Shown: positions 19,039 to 29,569 of the stretch, one piece after another | Position numbering within the stretch: the stretch's first letter is position 1 | How the letters are laid out: the number at the start of each line of letters is the position of its first letter | Source: an uncultured Candidatus Berkelbacteria bacterium | Lineage (GTDB): Bacteria; Patescibacteriota; UBA1384; UBA12157; JAENIV01 | Assembly: GCA_963698075.1 (NCBI GenBank) | Contig: OY969116.1 | Coordinates: forward strand, 19,881 to 83,880 | Length of the DNA: 64,000 nt | Reading direction: 5' to 3' | Made by a program: the position numbers and the translations under genes | Notes under the pieces: generated by a model | The model's database searches: none | Seen by the model: only the letters and a program-made list of their open reading frames with translations | What the model was told of the DNA's origin: nothing

Positions 19039-21594
19039 TTACAATGAGGTAGCTGGCGATGGTATGGGACTGGGGGATGTTTTTGATTTAGTATTAATTA
19101 CCACCGAATCTGAGTAAGATAGGCCAGTAACATCAGTGACAACCGCGGAGACACGATGAGTTCCTGTTGAGAGAGTTGCGGTATTAGAAATCATTGAATA
19201 TGGTTTATTGGTGTCAGTACCGATGCTTTTATCATCGATTAAAAATTCGACACTTTTTATGCCAACAGCGGATTCGACGCTGGCTACAATCGTAAAAGAA
19301 CCATTAATTGTTTTGTTATTGGCCGGAGCGGTAATTTTAACAGTAGTTTTATTAGTTAAACCGGCGCAAGTTTTGGTACCCGAGGGTGGCGCTGTAGAGA
19401 TAATCCCCATGCTGGCGGCATAGGCTCTGACGGGATTTTCCCAATTGGGATTTTCGGGTAATTCTGAATGGATGTCCATATATGTTTTTTCCTCAACAAA
19501 TTGGCTGGGACAGTCATCAGTTGCTTCTTGACCAGTATATTTGTCAATTCTGATTGTACCCACGCCATGAGCCCGCTCAGTTGGTACTTGCCACGAGGTA
19601 AAAATATCGGTAATGATTTCACCACCAGCTGGTAATTTATTAGTATATTTGTCCACGGTCAATGATTGAATGCCGTCGGGTTTTTGGAAATCTTCCACCG
19701 GGGTATTGGCTAAAGCTTTAGCCATAAAGTCATGCCAAATTGGTGCTGCCGCCATGGCCCCGGCTGCTCCAGCAGTCATTGGTGAATTATCGTTATTGCC
19801 CACCCAAACACCGGTAACCAGCGAGGGCGTATAACCGAAGGTCCAAGCATCGCGGTATTCCGAGGTAGTTCCGGTTTTGGCGGCCACCGGCCGATCATCA
19901 AAATACAGCGCGGAGTTTGAGCCGAAGATAAATGACCGGGCTTGATTGTCAGAAAGAATTGAAGAAACTTCATAGGCAATGTCGGGTGAGAGAACTTCCT
20001 TTTTGTTATCTTTGTATGCTTCTAAGACTTTACCCGAACCATCAACGACTTTCAAAATTGGCGTTGTTGGCACTAACGCTCCATTGTTGGCGAAAACTCC
20101 ATAAGCTGTCGCTAGGTCTACCAGCTTGATTTCACCGCCGCCCAAAACCAAAGAAAGGCCGTATCGGTCTCGATCATTTAAAGTGGTAATACCCATCGAA
20201 TGGGCTTGATTTAGAACATTATCCAGGCCGGCTAAATAAAGAGTTTTTACTGCCGGAATATTCAAGGAGCCGGCTAAGGCTTTACGCATGCTGACCGGAC
20301 CATGAAAAGTACCATCATAGTTTCGAGGCGTATAGTTACCAAAATCAGTTTGAACATCCCAAAGAGTAAAAGCAGGATCATAATTTTGCTTAAAAGCGGT
20401 AGCATAAACCACTGGTTTAAAAGCCGATCCGGGCTGGCGTTCGGCCACAGCCACGTTGACTTGACCATCAATTGAATTATCAAAATAATCTTTTGAACCG
20501 ACCATCGCCAGAATTTGGCCGGTTTTGGGATCGATGGAAACCAAAGCAGCATTGGAAGCATTGATATTGTCAAAACGTCTGTCTGCCCCCGATTTGACAG
20601 CATCTTCCGCCATCACTTGTTTATCTAAATCTAGAGTTGTGGTGACTTTAAGCCCACTACTTTCCACCATTTGTTCGCCATATTTTTCCACTAGAACGCT
20701 TTTAACATATTCTGCAAAATGAGGGGCAACGACATAATCATGGCGCTCGGCAAATTTGAGATTTTTGGCCTCGGCTTTGGCTTTGTCGGCTTGGGCTTGG
20801 TCAATATATTTTAAAGAGACCATCGAATCTATAATCCAATTTACCCGGGCCAGTCTTTCATTAGGATGACTGCCATAAGGCGAATAATAGGTGGGTCGTT
20901 GCAGCATGGCCGCCAAGGTAGCTGCTTCAGCTAAATCCAAATCCTTGGCATGTTTGTCAAAGAAAGTTTGTGAGGCGGCTTCTACCCCATAAGCATTGCT
21001 GCCGTAGGGTATTTGGTTAAGGTACATGGTGAGAATCTCATTTTTCGAGTACATGATTTCGATTTCAATTGACAAAATCAGCTCTTTAATTTTGCGAGTA
21101 AAGGTTTTTTGAGGGGAAAGCAGGGCATTCTTGACAAATTGCTGAGTGATCGTTGAACCGCCGGAGAGAAAAGCTGTCTTATGGAAGATATCATAATAAG
21201 CGGCGCGCATAACACCTTTGATATTAATGGCGAATTCATGGTAGAAATTACGATCTTCGGCTGTCAGAGTTGTTTGTTTGACAACATCGGGGATATCCGT
21301 TGAATTAAGATCAAATCTTTTGATTCCACCGCTCACGGTGTAAATTGGCTCATCGTTACGATCGAAAAGCTGAATTGACCCGGCGGTTTGCAGGTTTTTA
21401 ATTTTGCCAGGCGTAGGTAAATCTTTGGCAAACCAGGCAAATAAAAGAAGGACAAATAAGAAAAAACCTAAAACAATTCTTAGGACCCAACGCCGAATCC
21501 TTCTCCAATTCCAGGTTCGCGGTTGGGTGATTTTTCTTAAGTTAAGAGGGTTACGAAACGGGTTTAAATTTTTTATTTGATCAATAACACTCAT
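19039..21594 (-). CDS. Class A penicillin-binding protein (PBP1A family) with C-terminal Ig-like domain
   Basis: AEDRNFY, GGSTITQQ, RKIKE, PGSAFK, SLN, KTGT; C-terminal VEFLIDD/GTHRVSA Ig-like domain. Confidence 0.93.
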   Translation of the reverse strand: MSVIDQIKNLNPFRNPLNLRKITQPRTWNWRRIRRWVLRIVLGFFLFVLLLFAWFAKDLPTPGKIKNLQTAGSIQLFDRNDEPIYTVSGGIKRFDLNSTDIPDVVKQTTLTAEDRNFYHEFAINIKGVMRAAYYDIFHKTAFLSGGSTITQQFVKNALLSPQKTFTRKIKELILSIEIEIMYSKNEILTMYLNQIPYGSNAYGVEAASQTFFDKHAKDLDLAEAATLAAMLQRPTYYSPYGSHPNERLARVNWIIDSMVSLKYIDQAQADKAKAEAKNLKFAERHDYVVAPHFAEYVKSVLVEKYGEQMVESSGLKVTTTLDLDKQVMAEDAVKSGADRRFDNINASNAALVSIDPKTGQILAMVGSKDYFDNSIDGQVNVAVAERQPGSAFKPVVYATAFKQNYDPAFTLWDVQTDFGNYTPRNYDGTFHGPVSMRKALAGSLNIPAVKTLYLAGLDNVLNQAHSMGITTLNDRDRYGLSLVLGGGEIKLVDLATAYGVFANNGALVPTTPILKVVDGSGKVLEAYKDNKKEVLSPDIAYEVSSILSDNQARSFIFGSNSALYFDDRPVAAKTGTTSEYRDAWTFGYTPSLVTGVWVGNNDNSPMTAGAAGAMAAAPIWHDFMAKALANTPVEDFQKPDGIQSLTVDKYTNKLPAGGEIITDIFTSWQVPTERAHGVGTIRIDKYTGQEATDDCPSQFVEEKTYMDIHSELPENPNWENPVRAYAASMGIISTAPPSGTKTCAGLTNKTTVKITAPANNKTINGSFTIVASVESAVGIKSVEFLIDDKSIGTDTNKPYSMISNTATLSTGTHRVSAVVTDVTGLSYSDSVVINTKSKTSPSPIPSPATSL

Positions 21595-21691
21595 AAAATC
21601 AGCCCCTCCTAAATACTTCCTTTACATTTTACCATGATAAAGGTTAAAATAAAAATAGTCAAGCAATTAAAGTTAATGATAGGAGAATATT

Positions 21692-22888
21692 ATGGCAGGA
21701 AATATCGAAGAACTTTTAAGCCGTGGAGTGGGGGAAATTATTGTCAAAGATTCTCTCAAAAAAAAATTAGAATCAGGTAAAAATTTAAGAGTCAAGTATG
21801 GCATTGATCCCAATAGAGGCGATATTCATTTGGGTCATGCCGTCCCGATTAGAAAGCTCAAAGCTTTTCAAGATTTAGGGCATAAGGCGGTTTTTATTAT
21901 TGGCGATTATACGGCTCGCATTGGCGATCCTTCGGCTAAAGATAAAACGCGGGAGGCGCCTAGCGAAGCGGAAATTAAAAAAAATGCCGACTCTTTTTTT
22001 GCTCAAGCTTTTCGGATTCTAGACAAAGATAAAACTGAAATTCACCTTCAAAGCGAGTGGTTTGGCAAATTTGATTTGGAGAAAGTTTTGGAAATTGCCA
22101 GTAAGGTCTCGGTAGCTCAAATTATGGAACACGAAACTTTTAGAAAAAGAATCGAAAAAGGCCAACCATTTATGATCCATGAAGAAATTTATCCACTTTT
22201 ACAAGGTTACGATTCAGTTGCTATTCGCTCGGATCTCGAACTTGGCGGTACTGACCAAAAATTTAACTTACTCATGGGTCGACAGATGCAAAAAGCTTAC
22301 GGTCAAAAAGAACAAGATATTTTAATGATGAATTATTTAATCGGCCTCGACGGCAAAGAGAAAATGTCGAAATCACTCGGCAATTACATTGCGATCAATG
22401 ATGAACCCAATGACATGTATGGCAAAGTCATGTCAATTCCCGACAATTTGATTGTCCAATACTATGAACTTTGTACCGATCTCACTCCCGGTGGACTAGA
22501 AATTATCAAAAAAGAATTAGCCACAGGCAAAAATCCACGCGACATCAAAGCTGAGTTGGCGAAATTAATCGTTGAGATATATTATTCTGTTGACGAAGCG
22601 GCCAAAGCAGCGCTGGAATTCGATAAAGTTTTTGCCAAAAAACAGGTGCCTTCCCAAATGAAAGATTATCATCTCGAGGAGAGTCGGGCTCATTGGACGA
22701 CCATTGGGTTGTTATCGAGAGTGATGCCGAATGTCTCTGGATCTGAATTAAGAAGATTAATATTTCAAGGTGGCGTAGATTTGGATGGTATGAAAATATC
22801 TGATCCGAATTTTAGAGTCAAACCGAAAAACGGTAGCATCTTGAAAGTAGGCAAGAAAAAATTTTTCAAAATTAGAACCAATGATTAA
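21692..22888 (+). CDS. tyrS: Tyrosine--tRNA ligase
   Basis: HLGH, YPLLQGYD, GGTDQKFN, KMSKS, S4-like C-terminus. Confidence 0.96.
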   Translation: MAGNIEELLSRGVGEIIVKDSLKKKLESGKNLRVKYGIDPNRGDIHLGHAVPIRKLKAFQDLGHKAVFIIGDYTARIGDPSAKDKTREAPSEAEIKKNADSFFAQAFRILDKDKTEIHLQSEWFGKFDLEKVLEIASKVSVAQIMEHETFRKRIEKGQPFMIHEEIYPLLQGYDSVAIRSDLELGGTDQKFNLLMGRQMQKAYGQKEQDILMMNYLIGLDGKEKMSKSLGNYIAINDEPNDMYGKVMSIPDNLIVQYYELCTDLTPGGLEIIKKELATGKNPRDIKAELAKLIVEIYYSVDEAAKAALEFDKVFAKKQVPSQMKDYHLEESRAHWTTIGLLSRVMPNVSGSELRRLIFQGGVDLDGMKISDPNFRVKPKNGSILKVGKKKFFKIRTND

Positions 22889-24440
22889 ATTTAAAATCAA
22901 AGAATTAGTCAAAAAATCCCTTGAAACCGCTTATCCCTCAGCAGGGGATTTTAAATTTCAGATTGAATATGCCTCCGATAAATTCGGAGATTATTCGACC
23001 AATGTGGCGATGATAGTGGCAAAAAGAGTAGGCGAGAGGCCGATAGATATTGCTGGTAAAATCACCGCTGAATTATCGAAGGATGCAATGTTTGAGAAGG
23101 TCGAAGTCGCCAAGCCGGGTTTTATAAATTTTAAGATCGCACTCCCCTATCTTCAACAGCAAATTTTAGAGATTAATAAAGCCGGCAAAAAATATGGCAA
23201 TAGCGATTTAAGCCAAGACTTAAAAGTTAACGTTGAATTTATCTCCGCCAATCCCACTGGACCTTTAACTATCGGTAACGCTCGCGGTGGGGTAATTGGT
23301 GACACGCTGGCAAATATTTTCGTCTCAACCGGCTGGAGAATAACTCGTGAATATTATTTCAATGACGCTGGCGGACAGATCGATGTTCTGGGCCACTCGA
23401 TTTTAAAAGACGAACAAGCCCAATACAAAGGCGATTATATTGAGAAGCTTGCCAAGCAAATTAAAACGACTGACTATAAAGAAGCCGGTAAGCAAGCAGC
23501 GCAAATAATTATCGGCTGGATCAAAACTACCGCCGAAAAGATGGGAATCAAATTTGATGTCTGGACAGCGGAAGGCAAAGACCTCCGCGATAAAGGAAAA
23601 CTTGAAGAAACATTTGCTTGGATGAAGGAGGAGGGTCTCGCTTACGAAAAAGACGGTGCTTTGTGGTTTAAGTCAACCCAGTTTGGCGATGACAAAGATC
23701 GGGTGTTAATCAAAAGCACCGGCGAACCGACATACTTCGGTGTTGATGCCGCTTATCATCGAAATAAACTCTTAGAACGAAAATTTGATAAAGCCATTGA
23801 CGTTTGGGGTGCCGACCATCATGGTGATGTCTCGCGTATCAAAGGTTTCGTCAAAGCGCTGGGCTTTGAAGATAAATTCGAAATCGTGATTCATCAATTC
23901 GTTCATATTGTGGTTGACGGTAAAGAAGTTCGGATGTCTAAACGCACAGGCAACTTTATTGCCGTTGATGATGTTTTAGCCGAAGTCGGCGTCGACGCCT
24001 ACCGTTTTTACATGCTGGCTTACGATTTAAATAGTCACTTGAATTTTGATCTAAAATTGGCCAAAGAAAAGAGCGAAAAAAACCCGGTTTACTATGTTCA
24101 ATACGCTTACGCTCGAATCTCTTCGATCCTTGCTAAAGCCAAAAGCGTACAAGAGTCGGATTTGAGTTTAATCAAAGAACCAGCCGAGATAGCGTTAACC
24201 AAAGAACTTATCAAACTGCCAGACATTATTATCGAAACAGCAGAGGATTATCAAGTACAAAAACTGCCGCATTATGCTTTGGAGTTGGCGACAAAATTCC
24301 ATAATTTCTATGAAAAATGCCGCGTGATATCTGAAGATGAAAAACTTACCGCGGCAAGAATTAACTTAATTAAAGCGACTCAAATTGTTCTCAAAAAAAC
24401 CTTAGATCTAATGGGCATCTCCGCGCCAGAGAAAATGTAA
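22881..24440 (+). CDS. argS: Arginine--tRNA ligase
   Basis: EFISANPTGP, WGADHHG, MSKRTG, YVQYAYARI, APEKM. Confidence 0.96.
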   Translation: MIKFKIKELVKKSLETAYPSAGDFKFQIEYASDKFGDYSTNVAMIVAKRVGERPIDIAGKITAELSKDAMFEKVEVAKPGFINFKIALPYLQQQILEINKAGKKYGNSDLSQDLKVNVEFISANPTGPLTIGNARGGVIGDTLANIFVSTGWRITREYYFNDAGGQIDVLGHSILKDEQAQYKGDYIEKLAKQIKTTDYKEAGKQAAQIIIGWIKTTAEKMGIKFDVWTAEGKDLRDKGKLEETFAWMKEEGLAYEKDGALWFKSTQFGDDKDRVLIKSTGEPTYFGVDAAYHRNKLLERKFDKAIDVWGADHHGDVSRIKGFVKALGFEDKFEIVIHQFVHIVVDGKEVRMSKRTGNFIAVDDVLAEVGVDAYRFYMLAYDLNSHLNFDLKLAKEKSEKNPVYYVQYAYARISSILAKAKSVQESDLSLIKEPAEIALTKELIKLPDIIIETAEDYQVQKLPHYALELATKFHNFYEKCRVISEDEKLTAARINLIKATQIVLKKTLDLMGISAPEKM

Positions 24441-24463
24441 TATCAATGTTCTGGACCAAATAC

Positions 24464-24495
24464 TCCGATATTCTGCAGAATGTTGGAGGGTTTTT
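24464..24495. repeat. 32-nt palindrome-containing repeat, copy 2
   Basis: tccgatattctgcagaatgttggagggttttt. Confidence 0.85.
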
Positions 24496-24537
24496 CTAGG
24501 ATATAAAATCAGATAATTACTCGGGTGAAAAAATGCT

Positions 24538-24562
24538 AAACGCCCCAGGGGGTGGGGCGTTT
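24538..24562. terminator. Probable bidirectional intrinsic terminator
   Basis: aaacgcccca-N5-tggggcgttt between convergent genes. Confidence 0.7.
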
Positions 24563-24566
24563 GGAC

Positions 24567-25136
24567 TTATAGTCCCATGCTTTGAGGGATTTCGTAGGTC
24601 GTGCCATTCCAATGGATAAAAACCAAATCACCGGAATTTTCGGTAAAGACAAGCATCCAGGAAAGAAAACTTTCTTTAGTACTATCGTATGTTTGTAGGG
24701 CAATTCTGACTGGTTTTTTGGTTAATTCTTTATTGTCGAACAAGGAATTACCATCGTTTGATAAAACATAAACATGATATTTACCATTAGTCATCTTGGT
24801 AATCACTAAGGTCTCGTCCTTGCCATTGCCATTTGTATCAGCAGTGGAAACGTTTGCAAAGGTTTCGCCCTCAGGAATTTTCAACGCATTATAATCAATA
24901 GTGCCTGAGGGGCTGGGGGATGGTGTGGCCAGCGAAGAAAGATTAATTGAAGGCTCTCCAGAGATTTTCAAACTATTGCTAGGGATAGGAGAAGCATTTG
25001 TTTGGCCAGATTCGGTTACAGGTTGTTTAAAAAGAATATAGCCGCTGTAAATTAAACCCGCGAGCACCAAAATTGCGATGATGATTATTAAAGCCTTAGT
25101 TCCGCCCGAAGTTTTCTTTGGTAGATCGTCCCACAT
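24567..25136 (-). CDS. Single-TM exported hypothetical protein
   Basis: N-terminal TM, S/P linker, Ca-binding-like DTNGNGKDE motif. Confidence 0.7.
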   Translation of the reverse strand: MWDDLPKKTSGGTKALIIIIAILVLAGLIYSGYILFKQPVTESGQTNASPIPSNSLKISGEPSINLSSLATPSPSPSGTIDYNALKIPEGETFANVSTADTNGNGKDETLVITKMTNGKYHVYVLSNDGNSLFDNKELTKKPVRIALQTYDSTKESFLSWMLVFTENSGDLVFIHWNGTTYEIPQSMGL

Positions 25137-25145
25137 TGCCCCTCC

Positions 25146-26210
25146 TCAAATTATTGGTCCATTAGTCAATTCGCTTAATTTCATTTTAATGTAATTCTTT
25201 TGCAAACTCAAGAATGAAGAAAGCCCCACTGGGATTGGGAGCCAAAAAGAAAGAAGACGAAAAATTAAAACCGCGGCCAAGGCCGTTGGCGCGGGAATAC
25301 CGAAGCCAATAAATATTAATCCCATCGAAGCTTCGCTAATTCCTACACCTCCCGGGATAAATGAAATAGTCGAAAGGATTCTGGCAATGGCGTAAGTGAA
25401 GATGACAATTGCCAAATGTGGCTTAAAGCCGAATCCGAGAAAGGCAAAATAAAGACAAAAAATATCGCCGAACCAAAAAAACAAAGCACCCAAAACAGCC
25501 GAAATCTGCAAGCGTCTATTTTGGGCTAAAATCGATGTCGCTTGATAGATTTTATCAACTAGAGGTGGAACCTTTTCTAGCTCAATTTTTTGAAAACGAA
25601 AAATTTTGGCGAAGTGATTGGCAAATTTAACCAAACTATAGGCTTTATTGAGCAGTCTTTCTTTTTTTAAATAGAGATAAATGAGCCAGAAGAAGAAACC
25701 AAAGGCCGCGAAATAAATCAACCAAATGATTAAAAGTTTGCGAGAATCAAGCTCGGGATTGATAGGTGAAAAAGCAACGCCAATTAAATAGATAAAAGCG
25801 AAAACAAACCAAATAATAATCGTCCGGGACACGAACATTAAAACAATATGCGAAGTACGGATATTTTTGGCCCGATAAAAATAATAGTCAACCGCTGCCT
25901 CACCGAAAGTTGCCAAGGGCAAAAATTGGACAGAAAAAGAGTCCATTAGCGAAATTTTTAAGATATCCCAAAATTTCAATTTGTCGCCCGTCATGCGCAA
26001 AACCGTGCGATTGATGATGGCCGAACCAATATAAAAAAAAGATTCTGCCATTATAGCCAAGAGGAATGCCCAATATTTAATTTTATTCAAAAGATCTAAG
26101 GTTTCTTTGAGGCCAATGATCTTCGGGATCAGAATCCAAATCCCAATACCTACCAATAAAATGATGACGATTCTTTTCCAAGAAAAAAACCTAACAGCAT
26201 TCTTTTTCAT
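25146..26210 (-). CDS. Lysylphosphatidylglycerol synthase TM / flippase-like (UPF0104) membrane protein
   Basis: Multi-TM; PGGVGISEA, IFRLLSFWLP. Confidence 0.85.
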   Translation of the reverse strand: MKKNAVRFFSWKRIVIILLVGIGIWILIPKIIGLKETLDLLNKIKYWAFLLAIMAESFFYIGSAIINRTVLRMTGDKLKFWDILKISLMDSFSVQFLPLATFGEAAVDYYFYRAKNIRTSHIVLMFVSRTIIIWFVFAFIYLIGVAFSPINPELDSRKLLIIWLIYFAAFGFFFWLIYLYLKKERLLNKAYSLVKFANHFAKIFRFQKIELEKVPPLVDKIYQATSILAQNRRLQISAVLGALFFWFGDIFCLYFAFLGFGFKPHLAIVIFTYAIARILSTISFIPGGVGISEASMGLIFIGFGIPAPTALAAVLIFRLLSFWLPIPVGLSSFLSLQKNYIKMKLSELTNGPII

Positions 26211-26233
26211 AAATTTTTAACACCTTTAACGCC

Positions 26234-28456
26234 TTAAATCGAGATTTCATAGACACTATTTTTTTCCAGGATCCAGATCTTGCGTGATTTTACCGAGACA
26301 CTAAAATCGCTAAGATGATCGAAATTTTCCCCAAAGGCATATTGATGGATAAATTGGCCATCTTTATCAAATTCGAGAATTCTTTTTTGCCCGGCGTCAA
26401 GAATATAGAGCGATGGAGTGTCGGAATCCGTATAAATCTTAAGCGGTTTGGTAATCGTATCATAAGGTGTAGGGATATTTTTAAGACCAAAATTCGTCAT
26501 CAGTCTTGATTTTTGAAGTTTAACTGCCTTGCCTGAGTTTTTCAAAACGTAAATTGATCCATCGATAGCCAGGGAAATGGCATCTCTTAAATTAATGTTG
26601 GTCGCTGATATATATTCTTCGCCTGCTTGGAATTCTGTTTGGTTGGAAGTATGCTTGTAAATTTGCCCCAAGATTCCATCTAATAGATAAAGAGTGCCCA
26701 CGTAACTCGCGAGCGAATTAGCTGTTTCCCAATGAGCATCAGCATTAATTTTAGCAAGTTCCAATTTTTTCGATGAAGTATCAAATTGATAGAGATTTTG
26801 ACCACTGGTATAAAGATAAATAATTGAATCTGAGCGGGTACCGGCGGTAAAGTTACCTTTGGTTGAAGGGATGGTGCCGACTTTGCTAGGAGCACCTCCG
26901 ATGAGATTTCCTTGATAAATGTCGCTATCAGAAACAACAAAAACTTGGCCAGAGGCCACGAACAATTCTTTAGCATTATCGGGAATCGTCACAAGGGGCG
27001 TAAGTTTTCCGAAACGAGTCGTGGCTGTTAGTTTATCAAGCTCATTATTACAACCATCGAGGGTGCTTTGGGCGTCTTTAGCAACTAGTGTTTTATTTAA
27101 GATACCCTGAGACTTTTCAATGCAGGCAGCAAATTGTTCCTTGGCTTGGTCCTGATTACCTTCAGCAACCAAATTTTTCCCTTGTTTTTCGGCGGCCAGC
27201 GCTTCATCGAGAATTTTTTGAGCATTTAAATTGCCGACTTGATTGCCTCTATTTCTTATCAAGACAACAAGAGCAACCACTACAATTAAAAATATACATA
27301 AAGCAATGTATAAGTTTTTCCGCCTTTTGCGATCTCTGGCGCTTTGGACCACCCAATCAGAAACCCAGAGAATTTTTGACCAAATCCAAGAAAATATCTT
27401 CGTCCACCATTTTTGAAGAGCTTTTGATTTTCTCTGTTCTTTTCTCGCATTGTAGTAATGAATGTAGAGATCTGGAGAATATTTGACTTCTTCGTCTTTG
27501 AGTAAACCGTCATCGCGGGTTGACTCCTCAGTCATAAATTCTTCATGGAAGCGATCGGTCTTCATGTCTTTGTGGGCGGTCGCTTCTGATATCGTTTTTT
27601 TTGAAAATCTGTTTTGAATGGGTTGATAACCCTTTTTAAATAAGCTGATGATTATTTTTCTCAAGGAGAGGAAGAGAATTTTGGTTAAATTAACTAATTT
27701 CATGCCAATGGAATCAGTTGATTTGTCTAGATAAAAAACTTCCTCTAATTGACCTTCGATCGTTTCGCTCGATAATTCTTCTTTGGAGCCAAGTTCAATT
27801 ATTATAAGGTTTACCGTTCTGACTCTTTCTTTTCTTAGGAGTTTCGTAATTTGTAAGGCCGATTGCGAGGCATTATTTATGCTAATGATTTGTCGAATCG
27901 AATCTAGAGAGATGTGTTCAAAAAGTTCCTTATTGGCAATAACAATTTTGTCCTGGCTTTTGAGTTCCCCGGAGATAATATTGGAGAAGGTTTTCAAAGG
28001 ATGTGGTTCTATCGGTCCAGCTAAGTTCTCTGTCAAATGGTTAACTTTCCCGTCTCGAAAAATATAAACCTCAATCAGACCAGTAATACTTAAATGCAAA
28101 TTATTACCAACGATTGCCGCTAAAAGAGCATTGAGATTGCCGATCCAATCAGTTTCGCCATTTTGGGTAATTTGGGCCAGATCTTCGTTGACCCTTTTGA
28201 GAGAAGTTTCAAAATTAACCAGATCAGAGGTACTGCCACCCTGGTAATAATATTTGACAAAATTACTGATGATGGTCTGACCCACTTGGGCCGTCGGGAA
28301 CCAGGGAGAAAGCATCTCGGCCAAAGTAAAAATTTCTCCCATGGGTTTTTTAGCTAAATCGTGGCTGGTATGATGCTGGCAGGTTAAAAATCGGTCGGGC
28401 AATTTGCCCGAGTTGGTGATTCTGGCGAATTGTATTTCGTAACTCACAGTTAGCAC
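26234..28456 (-). CDS. Large bitopic protein: PP2C-like N-domain, TM, helical stalk, beta-propeller C-domain
   Basis: TM IALCIFLIVVVALVVLI; NHL-like blades (LYLLDG, IDGSIYVL, LYILD...RILEFDKDG). Confidence 0.65.
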   Translation of the reverse strand: MLTVSYEIQFARITNSGKLPDRFLTCQHHTSHDLAKKPMGEIFTLAEMLSPWFPTAQVGQTIISNFVKYYYQGGSTSDLVNFETSLKRVNEDLAQITQNGETDWIGNLNALLAAIVGNNLHLSITGLIEVYIFRDGKVNHLTENLAGPIEPHPLKTFSNIISGELKSQDKIVIANKELFEHISLDSIRQIISINNASQSALQITKLLRKERVRTVNLIIIELGSKEELSSETIEGQLEEVFYLDKSTDSIGMKLVNLTKILFLSLRKIIISLFKKGYQPIQNRFSKKTISEATAHKDMKTDRFHEEFMTEESTRDDGLLKDEEVKYSPDLYIHYYNARKEQRKSKALQKWWTKIFSWIWSKILWVSDWVVQSARDRKRRKNLYIALCIFLIVVVALVVLIRNRGNQVGNLNAQKILDEALAAEKQGKNLVAEGNQDQAKEQFAACIEKSQGILNKTLVAKDAQSTLDGCNNELDKLTATTRFGKLTPLVTIPDNAKELFVASGQVFVVSDSDIYQGNLIGGAPSKVGTIPSTKGNFTAGTRSDSIIYLYTSGQNLYQFDTSSKKLELAKINADAHWETANSLASYVGTLYLLDGILGQIYKHTSNQTEFQAGEEYISATNINLRDAISLAIDGSIYVLKNSGKAVKLQKSRLMTNFGLKNIPTPYDTITKPLKIYTDSDTPSLYILDAGQKRILEFDKDGQFIHQYAFGENFDHLSDFSVSVKSRKIWILEKNSVYEISI

Positions 28457-28503
28457 CTTAATTCATCATTGAATTAGCAACTTAATTCATCATTGAATTA
28501 GCA
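28457..28503. repeat. Tandem 23-nt repeat, period 24, each unit containing a hairpin
   Basis: cttaattcatcattgaattagca x2. Confidence 0.85.
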
Positions 28504-28592
28504 TTTTACGACATCAAAAACCTCGCATTCAGCGTCTATTACTAATAGTATATTCTAAAAAAAATACTGTCAAATCTTAGTATTTTTAAAAA

Positions 28593-28665
28593 TCGGGGTA
28601 GTCAGACTTGAACTGACGATCTCCAGACCCCCAGCCTGGCGCTTTGCCAACTAAGCTATACCCCG
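28593..28665 (-). tRNA. tRNA-Pro(GGG)
   Basis: Cloverleaf: cggggta/taccccg acceptor, ccagg-ct-ggg-gg-tctgg anticodon arm, TTCAAGT T-loop. Confidence 0.93.
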
Positions 28666-28691
28666 ACGCCTGCCTCCGTCATATAATTTTT

Positions 28692-29315
28692 TTAAAGGAG
28701 AATTGGTTTTCCGGTAATCAGAGTAAAGAAAAGGGCAACCGTTTTCGACATTAAGGTCGGGATGATGGGAATAAAAGATGAAAAGATGATGATAATAAAT
28801 AGTAGGGGAATGCCAAATTGTTGCAGGAAAAGATAAGTTTCTTCGCTGGTAAAAATCGCCAAAATTTTTGAGCCGTCCAGGGGTGGAATAGGGATGAGAT
28901 TAAAAATCATTAAGACGAGATTAAAAAAGATCATCAAAAACAAAAATTCTTCTAAAATTGTCGGTAGGTTGATAAATCGATATAAAAGGCCCAAGATAAT
29001 CGCTAACAAAAGATTACTTATCGGACCTGCCAGTGAAACAGTTAAATTATCTATTTTTGGATTTTTAAAATTACGGGGATTGACGATGACCGGTTTACCC
29101 CACCCAAAACCAGCAAGAAGTAAAAAAATTGTCCCAGTGATATCAAGGTGAGCCAAGGGATTGAGAGACAACCTTCCCATTAATTTTGCCGTAGGATCAC
29201 CATAAAAATTCGCCATCCAAGCATGGGCATATTCATGAATGGTGATGGCCACCAGTAAAGCGATAATGAAGCCTAAAAAAATTAGGGGGTTGGTAAATAA
29301 ATTAAAAAGTAACAT
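28692..29315 (-). CDS. Site-2 protease (M50) family
   Basis: HEYAH, AGPISN, FNLIPIPPLDG. Confidence 0.93.
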   Translation of the reverse strand: MLLFNLFTNPLIFLGFIIALLVAITIHEYAHAWMANFYGDPTAKLMGRLSLNPLAHLDITGTIFLLLAGFGWGKPVIVNPRNFKNPKIDNLTVSLAGPISNLLLAIILGLLYRFINLPTILEEFLFLMIFFNLVLMIFNLIPIPPLDGSKILAIFTSEETYLFLQQFGIPLLFIIIIFSSFIPIIPTLMSKTVALFFTLITGKPILL

Positions 29316-29380
29316 AGTTGCACTCGAATCGTATTTATGATAACATAAATTGCTAGAGTTTCAAGAAATAGAAAGATTAA

Positions 29381-29569
29381 ATGAATACTTGCCAAATTTG
29401 CGGTCGGAGAACTCATGTTGGTTATAACCGGCCTCATTCAGTTCACCGAACCAAAAGAAAAATTTATCCCAATATTCAAAAAATTCATGGCCAATTTATT
29501 TGCATGGGTTGCTTGAGGACTCATTACAAATCTGCTCAGCGTACTAAACGCCAAAGTGAAAAATCTTAA
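29381..29569 (+). CDS. rpmB: 50S ribosomal protein L28
   Basis: CQICG, G.N..HS..RTKR...PNIQ, C..CLR. Confidence 0.85.
   Translation: MNTCQICGRRTHVGYNRPHSVHRTKRKIYPNIQKIHGQFICMGCLRTHYKSAQRTKRQSEKS

Noticed and set aside
28457-28503. CRISPR array
   Set aside because: Only two adjacent units, no spacers and no cas genes
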